A stretch of DNA of 64,000 nt, taken from assembly GCA_963663965.2 (NCBI GenBank), contig CAXXFK010000020.1:256001-320000 (forward strand), in the 5' to 3' direction. The stretch is from Sedimentisphaerales bacterium (lineage in GTDB: Bacteria > Planctomycetota > Phycisphaerae > Sedimentisphaerales > SM23-30). The position numbers were made by a program, and so were the translations under genes. Shown piece by piece: positions 53,030 to 62,767 of the stretch; the first letter of the stretch is position 1; each line of letters starts with the position of its first letter. The notes under the pieces are model-generated. The model saw only the letters and a list, made by a program, of their open reading frames with translations. It made no database searches and was not told the DNA's origin.

Positions 53030-56017
53030 ATGAAGAAAATATTAACCAAATTCGCAGCAATTGTGATCTGTATCTTGATAACCACAACGGTATCAGCAGA
53101 CCTGATCGGTTATTGGAATTTCGATAACGCCAATGCCATCGATTTGTCTGATAATGGCAACGACGGCGTATTAGTCGGCCCCGGGGTGTATTCCTCCGAT
53201 CAGCCGGCCGGCTGGTCAGGCAAATCGCTGGATCTTACCCCGGGCGGCACATATGTCGCGATCCCCAACGAGTCGGATTATGACGGGGCGATGTCGGCGG
53301 CGTTCTGGCTGAAAATAAACGCTTTTTCGGGCGAATGGAATGGCATACTCACCAAGGGCGACAACGCCTGGCGCATCCATCGCAGTGGTACTAGTGATTA
53401 TGTTAATTTCACCATCACGAGCGATGAGAGTGAGGTCAACAACAATAGTATCGACAGCACCACCGTCATGACCGGCAATGTATGGCACCATGTGGCGGCC
53501 ACTTTCGACGGAGTAACGATGCGATTGTATATCGACGGCGTACTGGAAGCCTCCCGCGCCTATACCGGAAATCCGGTTACGAGTGATGAGGCGGTTTATA
53601 TCGGCAACAATTCGACGCAAGGCGATCGTTACCTGCCCGGTTTAATCGATGAAGTCCGCATCTATGACAACACCCTGTCCCAGAATGATATCATCCTGTT
53701 AATGACCGATGGCGAGATTGGCAGGGATCCGGTCAATCCTGCCGACGGTGCAGAAGACGTGGCAGTCGATACCGACGTCATGCTGGAATGGGTCGGCAGC
53801 CACGATCCCAATATCGTCAACTACACCATCTATCTCAGTGAGGTGGCGGATGATCTGAACGATCCCAATATCTCGAAATTAGCAGACACCACCGATACGA
53901 CCTATCCCTTCAGCACCCTGAGCGACAAAACGTATTACTGGCGCGTGGACGCGGTCCGCAATGACGGCCTGGCTTACACGGGTCGGGTCTGGTCCTTCTC
54001 GACGGAACTGACCCTGCCGCAGATATCGCTACAACCGAAGAATACCGTCGCCCTGGTTGACACTGACGCGGTCTTTACCGTAATCGCAACCAATCCTCTG
54101 CCCGGCGACCTGAGCTATCAATGGTATCAGAGCTTTGACGGCAGTTCAACCCTCATGGACGGCGAGGTTACGAATGAGCTGACCATTGCCGTGGCCGAAG
54201 ACAGCGACCAGAAGATGTATTTCTGCGAAATCAGTAATGAGGCGCCCCTGAGCCCCGTATACACCAACATTGTCAAGCTATCCGTGGGCAAACTGATCGG
54301 TCACTGGCCGCTGGATGGCGACCCGAACGATATCAGTGGTTTTGATAACCACGGCACCATTTTTGGCGATCCGGTTTTTGTCGAAGAGGATGTTCCGGGT
54401 GTTCTAATGCCTGTTACTAAAGTTCTGGAATTTGACGGCGACGGCGATATTATCCAGATCGCCAACGAGCCGTTCTTCCGGGAGACTTATAATACGCTGG
54501 AAGCGTTAACCGTTTCCTGCTGGGTCAAAGATGATGGCTCCGAATCATGGAGAGCTTTTGTCTCGAAAAACGGCGAAGATGGCGGCTGGCAGTTAAGACG
54601 CTATGACGGCAATAACGCCATCGGCTGGACGACCCGTGACACAGACCCCGAAGATCTGGATAATTACTATAACAGCGATATGACGGGTCTCAAACCTTAT
54701 CAGGATGGGGCATGGCATTTAGTCACCGCCACCTATGACGGTTCGACCAAGGTGATCTATCTGGACGGTCTGGTGGATACCATCCTCACCGACCAGATCG
54801 GCCCCATTCGCTACAACGAAGACCCATTGGCGATCGGCGGGCGGTATCGGCCTCAGGCTGACGGATATACCAAAAGCCGGCTCTCGGATGTGCGTCTCTA
54901 TAACTACGCCATCACCGCCGATGATGCCCTGCAGCTCTATCTCGAAGCGGTCGGCAATGCCATTCTGTTGCTTTCCGAACCGGCTAATCAGGTGATTGAC
55001 GCCGGACAGACCGCCACCTTCGAGGTGGTCACGGGTGGTGTTCCGGTCTCTTCTTATCAGTGGTATCAATATGTGGACGGCGAATACGATATCGCGCTGG
55101 AAGATATCGAAGGCGCGATATCTGGAGCCAACGGTCCGGTCCTGGAAATACTGAATGCGGATGACAGCGTTGATCAGAACCAATATTACTGCTTCATGGA
55201 AGCCGTTGATTTCGGTCTCCAGAAGAAGACCCGCGTCGCCAGACTGATCATCAAACATCTGCTGGGGCATTGGCTGCTCAACGGCAACGGCAACGACAGC
55301 TCCGGCTATGACAAGCACGCCCAGGAAATCCGCACGGTGGATTACACCTACGATGTTCCGGGCAACGCCACCGGCATGTCCCTGATGGCGCGGGGCCAGA
55401 ACGAGAGCCTGCTGATCGTCGATGACAACACCGACCATTTCGTACCGACCTATAACGCCCTGACCGTTTCGGCCTGGGTGAAAAATCGCGGCACCTGGGG
55501 CTGGCATGCCTATGTCTCCAAAGGTGGCGAAGGCGCTGAAGGCTGGCAGTTGCGTCAGAACGGCGCGGACCAATACCCCGACTGGACCCTGCGGAACAAC
55601 GGCGGCAACGATATGCGCGCTCCTGACGGCGCCGAAAATGTCACCAAGGATGCACAATGGCACCTGCTGACCGGCACCTTTGACGGGTTGACAACCCGAT
55701 TGTATATCGACGGCACCGAACGCGTCAGTAGAGAGGTCAGCGGCCCGATCGGCCCATCGCCCAGTCGAGTCACCATTGGCGGCCGGGATAACGACTGGGG
55801 CAGCGGCGCCCGGGCTTATATCCATGACGTACGCGTCTACAATTACGCCCTTGATCCTGCCGATATTTTGGCGATGTACACCACGGTCATGATCGATTGC
55901 GAGAATCCTCCGGCCGGCGACACCAACCATGACTGCGCCGTCGACCTGCTCGACTTTGCCAATGTCAGTCGTTCCTGGCTGGAATGTTCGCTACCGGACA
56001 GTCAGTTGTGTCCCTGA
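53030..56017 (+). CDS. Secreted protein with three LamG-like jellyroll domains, Ig-like domains and C-terminal dockerin
   Basis: Signal peptide; three L.G.W..D/N...D.S...WH....TFDG...LY.DG..I.EVR.Y units; P.DGA..V / YYWRVD linker; GDTNHDCAVDLLDFA. Confidence 0.88.
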   Translation: MKKILTKFAAIVICILITTTVSADLIGYWNFDNANAIDLSDNGNDGVLVGPGVYSSDQPAGWSGKSLDLTPGGTYVAIPNESDYDGAMSAAFWLKINAFSGEWNGILTKGDNAWRIHRSGTSDYVNFTITSDESEVNNNSIDSTTVMTGNVWHHVAATFDGVTMRLYIDGVLEASRAYTGNPVTSDEAVYIGNNSTQGDRYLPGLIDEVRIYDNTLSQNDIILLMTDGEIGRDPVNPADGAEDVAVDTDVMLEWVGSHDPNIVNYTIYLSEVADDLNDPNISKLADTTDTTYPFSTLSDKTYYWRVDAVRNDGLAYTGRVWSFSTELTLPQISLQPKNTVALVDTDAVFTVIATNPLPGDLSYQWYQSFDGSSTLMDGEVTNELTIAVAEDSDQKMYFCEISNEAPLSPVYTNIVKLSVGKLIGHWPLDGDPNDISGFDNHGTIFGDPVFVEEDVPGVLMPVTKVLEFDGDGDIIQIANEPFFRETYNTLEALTVSCWVKDDGSESWRAFVSKNGEDGGWQLRRYDGNNAIGWTTRDTDPEDLDNYYNSDMTGLKPYQDGAWHLVTATYDGSTKVIYLDGLVDTILTDQIGPIRYNEDPLAIGGRYRPQADGYTKSRLSDVRLYNYAITADDALQLYLEAVGNAILLLSEPANQVIDAGQTATFEVVTGGVPVSSYQWYQYVDGEYDIALEDIEGAISGANGPVLEILNADDSVDQNQYYCFMEAVDFGLQKKTRVARLIIKHLLGHWLLNGNGNDSSGYDKHAQEIRTVDYTYDVPGNATGMSLMARGQNESLLIVDDNTDHFVPTYNALTVSAWVKNRGTWGWHAYVSKGGEGAEGWQLRQNGADQYPDWTLRNNGGNDMRAPDGAENVTKDAQWHLLTGTFDGLTTRLYIDGTERVSREVSGPIGPSPSRVTIGGRDNDWGSGARAYIHDVRVYNYALDPADILAMYTTVMIDCENPPAGDTNHDCAVDLLDFANVSRSWLECSLPDSQLCP

Positions 56018-56090
56018 TCATGGATATCATCAACGATATGCATACTATTGAACAAGGAATTAAATTAATAAAATTGAAAGGGCTTCAATT

Positions 56091-58118
56091 ATGAAAAAGC
56101 TACTTATGGCATTGACTTTAATGATATCCCTGACACTGGCGGTCACCGCTTCAGCGGATCTGATAGGATACTGGAATTTCAACAATGGTTCCAGCAGCGA
56201 CTCTTCGGGCAACAACTATCACGGCACCGACACCAATGTCACTTACTCGTCCGACGTCCCCTTTAAGTTTTTCGGCCAGTCGGCGGATCTTAGAAATAAT
56301 GGCTATATCCTGATCAACCATTCGATCGAGGCCGGATCGGACCCGTTTTATGTACCGGCTTTGACCGTATCCTGTTGGGTCAAGGGCTGGCCGGATGACA
56401 GTTGGGAGCCGTTTGTCTCGAAATTAGGCGATGACGAAAAGGGCTGGCAGATTCGCCGGATCAGCGGGGATTATACCCTGAGCTGGACCCTCCGGGGTAC
56501 CAACGACCCAGACTGGTGGGGCGGCGCCACCTACACGCCCGCCGACATGTGGAGCGGCTGGCATCAGATCACGGCCATTTATGATAATGCCAACGGCCGT
56601 CGTGAGATCTGGGTCGACGGCGTGCAGAGAGCCAGCGCCACCTATACCGGCGCGGTCAACCACGCGGCCGCTCATGTCTGTATCGGCGCCCGTCAGAGAG
56701 AAAGCGGCTCGATCGATGGTCAGTCGAACGTCATGATTGACGAAGTGCGGATCTATAATCACGCGTTATCCGCATCGGAAATCACCGCGCTGCTCCTTCC
56801 GGACAAGTCGCCCCTGACTGCGACGAATCCGGTTCCGGCTGATGGCGCCATCGATCTGGATGTCGACGCCGGTCCGATCACATTACAGTGGACCAACAGC
56901 GACGATCCATCCATTGCCTTTCATCAGGTCTACCTGGGTACCGACTGGATGAATATGGGGCTCGTCACGCCTGCCGGCGGCGATCCCAACCTGGCCCCGT
57001 CCGTGAATAGCATTCAAGTCACCCTGCAAAAAGACAAGCATTATTACTGGCGCGTCGACGAGATCACCACCGATCCCAACCATTTTTATGGCAGCCTCTG
57101 GCAGTTTGAAACCGAAAAAACCCTGCCGAAGATCATCAGCCAGCCTGACGACGCGCTGGCCGACGAAGGCGGGATCGCGGAGTTTACCATTGACGCCATC
57201 GACATTTTGGGGAATGACCTCAGTTACAGCTGGAATAAAGGCAAGCCGGGCGACCCCCTGGACCCGGTGGGCACCGATTCGCCCAAACTGACCATCGAAA
57301 ATGTCACCTATGCCAATGACAACGGCGACACCTATTATTGTATCGTCGAAAACGCCAGCGGACCAACGGCTTCACAAACGGCGAAAATCATCGTCAAAGC
57401 CATGCTGGGCCACTGGTCGCTGAATGGCAATACGAATGACCTGACCGTCTTCCAGAATCACGGCATTGCGATTAACGGCACAGCGGTTTATGCCAATGAC
57501 GTGCCCGGTGATTTCGTCACCCAGTCCCTGAACCTCACGTCCGCCAATTACCTGCTCCAGATTCCCAACGAAGCGCATTTCGACACAACCTATGAAAATG
57601 TGACGGTAATGTGCTGGTATAAGGATAACGGTTCGTCCGACTGGAGAACCTTTGTTTCTAAAAACGGCGAAGCCACCGCCTGGCAGCTGCGCCGTCATGG
57701 CGGCAGCGCGACCGTCGACTGGACCCTGCGCGGCGCCGGCGGCGATAACGAAGGCAATGGCGCCTTTAACGATGGCAAGTGGCATCACCTGGCCGGCACG
57801 TTCGATAGCAGCAGGAAGGCCATTTATCTCGACGGCATCTGCGATTCGATGCGCATCCAGCCCGGCCCGATGAGCCCCAACGACCAGCCGGTCGCCATCG
57901 GCGGCCGCTTCAATCCCGATCCCGAGAACTACTGTCGGGGCTGGATCTCCGAGGTTCGCATCTACAATTACGCCATGACGCCGGAAGAAATTGCCACCGT
58001 CTACAACTTGTATACCGGCAATTGTATCATCAATCTGCCCGGTGACACCAACGGCGACTGTATTGTTGACATCAATGACCTTCAGAATGTGACCGAAACA
58101 TTCCTGGGAGTCAATTAA
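56091..58118 (+). CDS. Secreted protein with two LamG-like domains, Ig-like domain and dockerin; paralog of upstream gene
   Basis: Same architecture (SADLIGYWNF, YYWRVD, FVSKNGE..WQLRR, GDTNGDCIVDINDL). Confidence 0.88.
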   Translation: MKKLLMALTLMISLTLAVTASADLIGYWNFNNGSSSDSSGNNYHGTDTNVTYSSDVPFKFFGQSADLRNNGYILINHSIEAGSDPFYVPALTVSCWVKGWPDDSWEPFVSKLGDDEKGWQIRRISGDYTLSWTLRGTNDPDWWGGATYTPADMWSGWHQITAIYDNANGRREIWVDGVQRASATYTGAVNHAAAHVCIGARQRESGSIDGQSNVMIDEVRIYNHALSASEITALLLPDKSPLTATNPVPADGAIDLDVDAGPITLQWTNSDDPSIAFHQVYLGTDWMNMGLVTPAGGDPNLAPSVNSIQVTLQKDKHYYWRVDEITTDPNHFYGSLWQFETEKTLPKIISQPDDALADEGGIAEFTIDAIDILGNDLSYSWNKGKPGDPLDPVGTDSPKLTIENVTYANDNGDTYYCIVENASGPTASQTAKIIVKAMLGHWSLNGNTNDLTVFQNHGIAINGTAVYANDVPGDFVTQSLNLTSANYLLQIPNEAHFDTTYENVTVMCWYKDNGSSDWRTFVSKNGEATAWQLRRHGGSATVDWTLRGAGGDNEGNGAFNDGKWHHLAGTFDSSRKAIYLDGICDSMRIQPGPMSPNDQPVAIGGRFNPDPENYCRGWISEVRIYNYAMTPEEIATVYNLYTGNCIINLPGDTNGDCIVDINDLQNVTETFLGVN

Positions 58119-58181
58119 CAACCATTAATATGGTAGTACGCAGAGAATCATTATCTGTGTAAACGTCATTGAAAACCTGAC

Positions 58182-58224
58182 AGGGTTCAGGGCTGACCAA
58201 TCAGTCCTGAACCCTTTTGTTTTT
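58182..58224 (+). terminator. Rho-independent terminator
   Basis: AGGGTTCAGGGCTGA-CCAA-TCAGTCCTGAACCCT followed by TTTGTTTTT. Confidence 0.8.
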
Positions 58225-58472
58225 CTACCATGATTCAGCGTTGTTCATAAACATTAAACTCTTCTGATTTAAACTCGATTTAAATACTGCGGTTCACGAT
58301 CCGATTTACATTATTTTATTTTCACCTCCGATTCCGGATTATCACAATGTTTATGATTTTTCGCGTTGCTCTTGATTTTCGAAATTAGGTATCTCTTTAA
58401 TTCCTATATCAGGACCCGGGATCCATCAAATGTTCCCTGAATGACTGTTAACGGATAATCAAGGAGTGAGCC

Positions 58473-59225
58473 ATGAAAAACAAACTGCTGAAATCTTTCA
58501 TCTTAACCAATCTATTCCTTCTCATCTGGTGCCCCCTGGCGGAATCTGCAAGTGTAAAATGGCACGCCGAGGCCGAAACGCATGGGATTGTTTCGCCTGG
58601 CAAAAAAGCGCATATCATAATTAAAATTGGCGATATCGAAAAAGAAATTATATTGGAAAACCATGGCCGATTTGAATATTGGGACCGCAAAACCAAAGGA
58701 GGCGAAATTGAAATCGATCTCCAGGAGATCAAGGCCGTCGTTGTCGGTGATATCGGCGTGGGGTCTTCCTATTCACTGACTCTCGAAGATACCATTGCCC
58801 AGACAAAAACCACCGGAACCGCGCCGATCTCTGGCGCCTTCGAGGCCTGGGCCAATTATGACAACAGCGCTTATGACTGGACAATTACGATGGGCGGACA
58901 TATGGATGAACCCATCTATTTTTACCAGGAAGGCGATGAAACCGGATACGCCACCCTGGGAGATTTCTCGTTTACTCGCGCTCCCGCGCCAAGCGGCTAT
59001 CCCGATCCTTATCTGACCATTAACACTCTGGATACCAATACCCTGACCGGTGAATTTGAAATGCTGGAATATCTCTATCTGGTAACTGACAATTTATGGC
59101 TGGAAGATGAAAGTGGCAATAAAAGCTACTTAATTATGGAATCTTTCTCCACTGCCACCTTGATTCCAGAACCAGCCAGCGTCCTTTTACTACTGGGCGG
59201 GACGCTGATCCTGTTTCGAAAATAA
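58473..59225 (+). CDS. PEP-CTERM sorting-domain protein
   Basis: AGGAG RBS, signal peptide, C-terminal IPEPASVLLLLGGTLILFRK. Confidence 0.88.
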   Translation: MKNKLLKSFILTNLFLLIWCPLAESASVKWHAEAETHGIVSPGKKAHIIIKIGDIEKEIILENHGRFEYWDRKTKGGEIEIDLQEIKAVVVGDIGVGSSYSLTLEDTIAQTKTTGTAPISGAFEAWANYDNSAYDWTITMGGHMDEPIYFYQEGDETGYATLGDFSFTRAPAPSGYPDPYLTINTLDTNTLTGEFEMLEYLYLVTDNLWLEDESGNKSYLIMESFSTATLIPEPASVLLLLGGTLILFRK

Positions 59226-59240
59226 AGGATGCCGGGTAAG

Positions 59241-59918
59241 TCACCGTTCCTTAACCACACCACCATCAACGCTCTCCGGGATGATCTGCCGGGGAGCATT
59301 CGTCTCCATCGCCTCAGGATCAATCTGGTATATTAACAGTGATAACAATAAGCAGATCGCCTGTACGCCCGACACTCCCAAGCCGATCCGCGCCATATCC
59401 GCAGAACTCCTCAAAAGAGAATAATAGATAAAAAAATTGGGCGCCATCAGGCCCAGGGTCAAAATGGCCCATCGAACCCGGCCGGCCGCCACGGCATAAA
59501 CCGACCAGAGAAACAGGCAGACATATAATGATCTGCTGAAAACCTGGGGGAATGGATAATCATTGTAACGCTGCATTTCTTCAAACGCGTTGGCGGGAAT
59601 AATCAGCAATAAAAACAGGGATAAAAATAAAAACCAGCGCGATTGGACAAACAGTGAGCGCCAGATTTTCCCTTCCGCTTCCACACAACATCCCGCCATG
59701 GTTTCTCCCGGGGTACAAAACCGCACGCGGCCGGCAACGGCCAGATGATAGATTAATATCGCCAGTAGATAACCCACTGCAGTAACGATCAGAATCGGAT
59801 GATTGTCTTCAGGTTGGATTAGGGCCATCAGGACACTGCTGCCCACCTGAATCAACGAACCAATGACCATCATATCGAAAATAAAAGCAATAAAACGACG
59901 GCTCTTTGCTGGACGCAT
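59241..59918 (-). CDS. RDD-family-like membrane protein
   Basis: A.KSRRFIAFIFD, TPGE..G, multiple TM segments. Confidence 0.7.
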   Translation of the reverse strand: MRPAKSRRFIAFIFDMMVIGSLIQVGSSVLMALIQPEDNHPILIVTAVGYLLAILIYHLAVAGRVRFCTPGETMAGCCVEAEGKIWRSLFVQSRWFLFLSLFLLLIIPANAFEEMQRYNDYPFPQVFSRSLYVCLFLWSVYAVAAGRVRWAILTLGLMAPNFFIYYSLLRSSADMARIGLGVSGVQAICLLLSLLIYQIDPEAMETNAPRQIIPESVDGGVVKER

Positions 59919-60021
59919 GAATTTCTCCTGTCTATCATGTTGCTGCGCTTCCCAGGGAACGGATCCTTATCGCCTGCCGCCAGTCCGCGCTTTCATTCGG
60001 CCATCCAATCAAAACAGATAA

Positions 60022-60531
60022 CTATTTTAGCTGACACCCATCCTTCCCTGCAATGGAAATCCCCTCCGGCTTTTTCACACTTTTTACAACAAAACGATAG
60101 ACGATATCATCCCCGTCTCCCCCGTCATCAGTCTTATTCGGGCCATAACTGATCAGACAGATATCTTGTCCCTGACACTGATAAATAATCGGCTCATCCC
60201 AGTAATCATGAATTTTACCCCTGGTCCAGTCTATGGGGTACCCCATATTATTCCAGGACGGTTTTAATATTGGATCATATTTCAAAAACCATTCAAGTAA
60301 ATCTGTCAAATCATTGATCTGCTCAAAATCAACCTTTTTGTTCTGTATGATATGTTGAATAGAGATTTCAAAATCCTTGAACATTGCTTCCGTATTAGCA
60401 GCCTTATGACCATCTGATTTATGTCTGTCCCACTCATCCTCATTAATACAGCCTGAAGACAACAACATAATCCCGCTCCAGATCAATGCCTGAATCCAAA
60501 TTGAACCTTTCTGAAAATGATACTTTGTCAT
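60022..60531 (-). CDS. Lipoprotein with GspG C-terminus-like motif
   Basis: Lipobox LSSGC; DYWDEPIIY..LISYGPNKTDDGGDGDDI. Confidence 0.65.
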   Translation of the reverse strand: MTKYHFQKGSIWIQALIWSGIMLLSSGCINEDEWDRHKSDGHKAANTEAMFKDFEISIQHIIQNKKVDFEQINDLTDLLEWFLKYDPILKPSWNNMGYPIDWTRGKIHDYWDEPIIYQCQGQDICLISYGPNKTDDGGDGDDIVYRFVVKSVKKPEGISIAGKDGCQLK

Positions 60532-60591
60532 TCAAAGATACCCTGCTAACTTCTAAACATTATCAATTGATGGAAGCATGACACAGCCCTG

Positions 60592-61059
60592 TTATCTGTC
60601 CTCAAACGCTTTAACAATATCGTCACCCTGAAGATTATCACACCTTTTATTCGGACCGTAGCTGATCAAGATAAATCGAATGTCCTCCACAATCATATCG
60701 ATAGGAGTTCCCCAGGGATCTCGAAACACCGAGTCATTCCTGACCTCATCGTTGCCAAAATACATGGCATACCGATCCAGATCACAAATATTGTTATCGA
60801 GCAATACTTTCAGATTTTTCGTTCGAATGATCGAATCATCCGAATAATCACTGATGTACGTCAAAATATCATGTCCCAGTTCTGTCAGACCGCTCTCCGT
60901 ACCAACAATCAACTTATCCTCCCAGCTGCATCTCGGTTTGCCATAAAACAGACGAGTCACAACCGCATCAAAAAATTGAGGCTTAATGAGAAAAGCTGTC
61001 AATAATCCTCCCACGAATATCAGGATCATCACAATCAAGATATGTTGGCTCGTTTTCAT
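60592..61059 (-). CDS. Membrane-anchored protein with GspG C-terminus-like motif
   Basis: N-terminal TM; DPWGTPI..LISYGPNKRCDNLQGDDI. Confidence 0.65.
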   Translation of the reverse strand: MKTSQHILIVMILIFVGGLLTAFLIKPQFFDAVVTRLFYGKPRCSWEDKLIVGTESGLTELGHDILTYISDYSDDSIIRTKNLKVLLDNNICDLDRYAMYFGNDEVRNDSVFRDPWGTPIDMIVEDIRFILISYGPNKRCDNLQGDDIVKAFEDR

Positions 61060-61263
61060 TTGAATCTGCCTCTCATCAAAATAGATGATTACCTCATATC
61101 AAACCCTGTTCGAACCGGATCAATCCGAACGGCTCCATCCTGTCAACCGGTTTTCTTCCGTGTGGTCCGCATAGTCTGTGGTCAATAACGACTGTTCTCA
61201 TCAGATTGGGCGTCGCCCATGCAGTCTCGTTTAAATGATCCATCATTCCCTGATCCATCCTGT

Positions 61264-61434
61264 CTATCCTGTGATCCTGTCTAAAATATTTTTCTTTATC
61301 TGCTCATCGATCCCGTTACCATAGACGAACTCACGCCGGGTCGCCCCTTCTTCATCCGTCTCCATCATCACCTGCCAGCGGTCATTAAAGTAATAGCGCG
61401 TCACAGTATCCACCAACTCGCCCGGCACCCGCAT
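61264..61434 (-). pseudogene. RHS-core remnant (below ORF-track cutoff)
   Basis: Translates to MRVPGELVDTVTRYYFNDRWQVMMETDEEGATRREFVYGNGIDE, a typical pre-core RHS segment; GC-rich island within AT-rich DNA. Confidence 0.75.
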
Positions 61435-61459
61435 AGATAGCCATAAACTGGGAGAACCA

Positions 61460-61810
61460 TTAGTTCTTTTCCAATATTTTTATAATTTCTCTGTAATTGT
61501 TTTTTGACGCATAGTCATAAGGCGTACAATTATTTTCATCTTTTAAGTTTCGGTTTGCCCCCAGTTCAACAAGCAATTTTACTATCTCAACATTTTTGTT
61601 TATTACTGCAATATGAAGTGGCGTATAACCTTCATAAGTTTGTTGATTAATATCAAAATCGAGCTTAATTAAATATTTTACCCAGTCTACCTTATTTTCA
61701 AAGGTTGCAATATGTAAAAGGTTAAATTTAGATATGTAAAATTCAGGATTTTCTTCAAAGCACCCGTAAGACTCTATTTTTTCATAGATATCACTGGTGT
61801 TCTTGAACAA
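61460..61810 (-). CDS. Ankyrin-repeat protein (putative immunity; possibly the frameshifted tail of the upstream ORF)
   Basis: NLLHIA..N..VKYLI, GYTPLHIAVINKNVEIVKLLVELGA, TPYDYA. Confidence 0.8.
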   Translation of the reverse strand: MFKNTSDIYEKIESYGCFEENPEFYISKFNLLHIATFENKVDWVKYLIKLDFDINQQTYEGYTPLHIAVINKNVEIVKLLVELGANRNLKDENNCTPYDYASKNNYREIIKILEKN

Positions 61811-61838
61811 CTTTTTTGTTAAATTAATATTTTTACTT

Positions 61839-62765
61839 TTAACGATTATAAGCTAAGTTTTTTACCCTTACGGCAAAACATCCGGTATTGAGTAAAGATT
61901 GAAACACAACATCCATATAGTCTTTACTTTCATAAGGTATATTTGCCATCTCTATATTTATTGAGTCGAAAAAAGTCTTTGCGTCATCATTCAAAGTAGA
62001 TGGCAAAGCTTTTTTACTGACATATTCAAAGTGTGTCTTAAAACCCGCCTGATAATTATATATTTCAAAATAGTAACTCTTTCTTGTTTTAGGATCACGC
62101 TTGTAAGTTACAATTGCCTTGAAGTTTTCATTCTCGACAAATTTATATTCGTCATATTTTGATATCGATTGTTTAAAATACCTCTGACTGAGATATTTCC
62201 TTCTCTTATCTAACGGCAACAGATCCAATTGGTTATAACTTAGTTCTTGGATCGCCATTACCTCTTGATACCATTCGTAGGGCTCACAAAAATACCGTCG
62301 CCAATATTCGAAACATTCTGGATCGTTTTCAATGATTTCAAGCTGGGCGGGAATGACGCCGGTAAAGTTATTGGGATCGTATGGATTAAACTTATCGATA
62401 TTTTTTAATTGGTTGGCAATATATGTTTCCTTATTAACTATCAAGTCTGATCGAAAATAGTCATAAGATAGCTTGTATAAAAAAATCGATTGCCAGATAA
62501 CGATCCCATTATCACATTCATATTCAATGGAAGAATTACCATTAACTTTAATCTCAACTATTTTCCCAGGCGGAAGAAAAGAAAGGAATCCATTAGATAG
62601 TCTGCCCTGTTTGAAATCTTTATCTGTGATTCTATGATTTTCATTAGTAATAATTTGTTCTTTTTCAAAATCATCAAATTGCCCCTTTGTCATAAGAGCT
62701 CCGATTACAACCTCATAATTAGCGCCCAGCATACTAACCGTTAAGACTAAAATAATTAATTTCAT
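61839..62765 (-). CDS. Putative exported immunity protein of RHS toxin
   Basis: Starts 2 nt after the RHS stop; signal-peptide-like MKLIILVLTVSMLGA; very AT-rich. Confidence 0.6.
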   Translation of the reverse strand: MKLIILVLTVSMLGANYEVVIGALMTKGQFDDFEKEQIITNENHRITDKDFKQGRLSNGFLSFLPPGKIVEIKVNGNSSIEYECDNGIVIWQSIFLYKLSYDYFRSDLIVNKETYIANQLKNIDKFNPYDPNNFTGVIPAQLEIIENDPECFEYWRRYFCEPYEWYQEVMAIQELSYNQLDLLPLDKRRKYLSQRYFKQSISKYDEYKFVENENFKAIVTYKRDPKTRKSYYFEIYNYQAGFKTHFEYVSKKALPSTLNDDAKTFFDSINIEMANIPYESKDYMDVVFQSLLNTGCFAVRVKNLAYNR

Positions 62766-62767
62766 GG

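Noticed and set aside
54719..55930. 403-aa minus-strand ORF
   Set aside because: Antisense to the LamG gene; no family features
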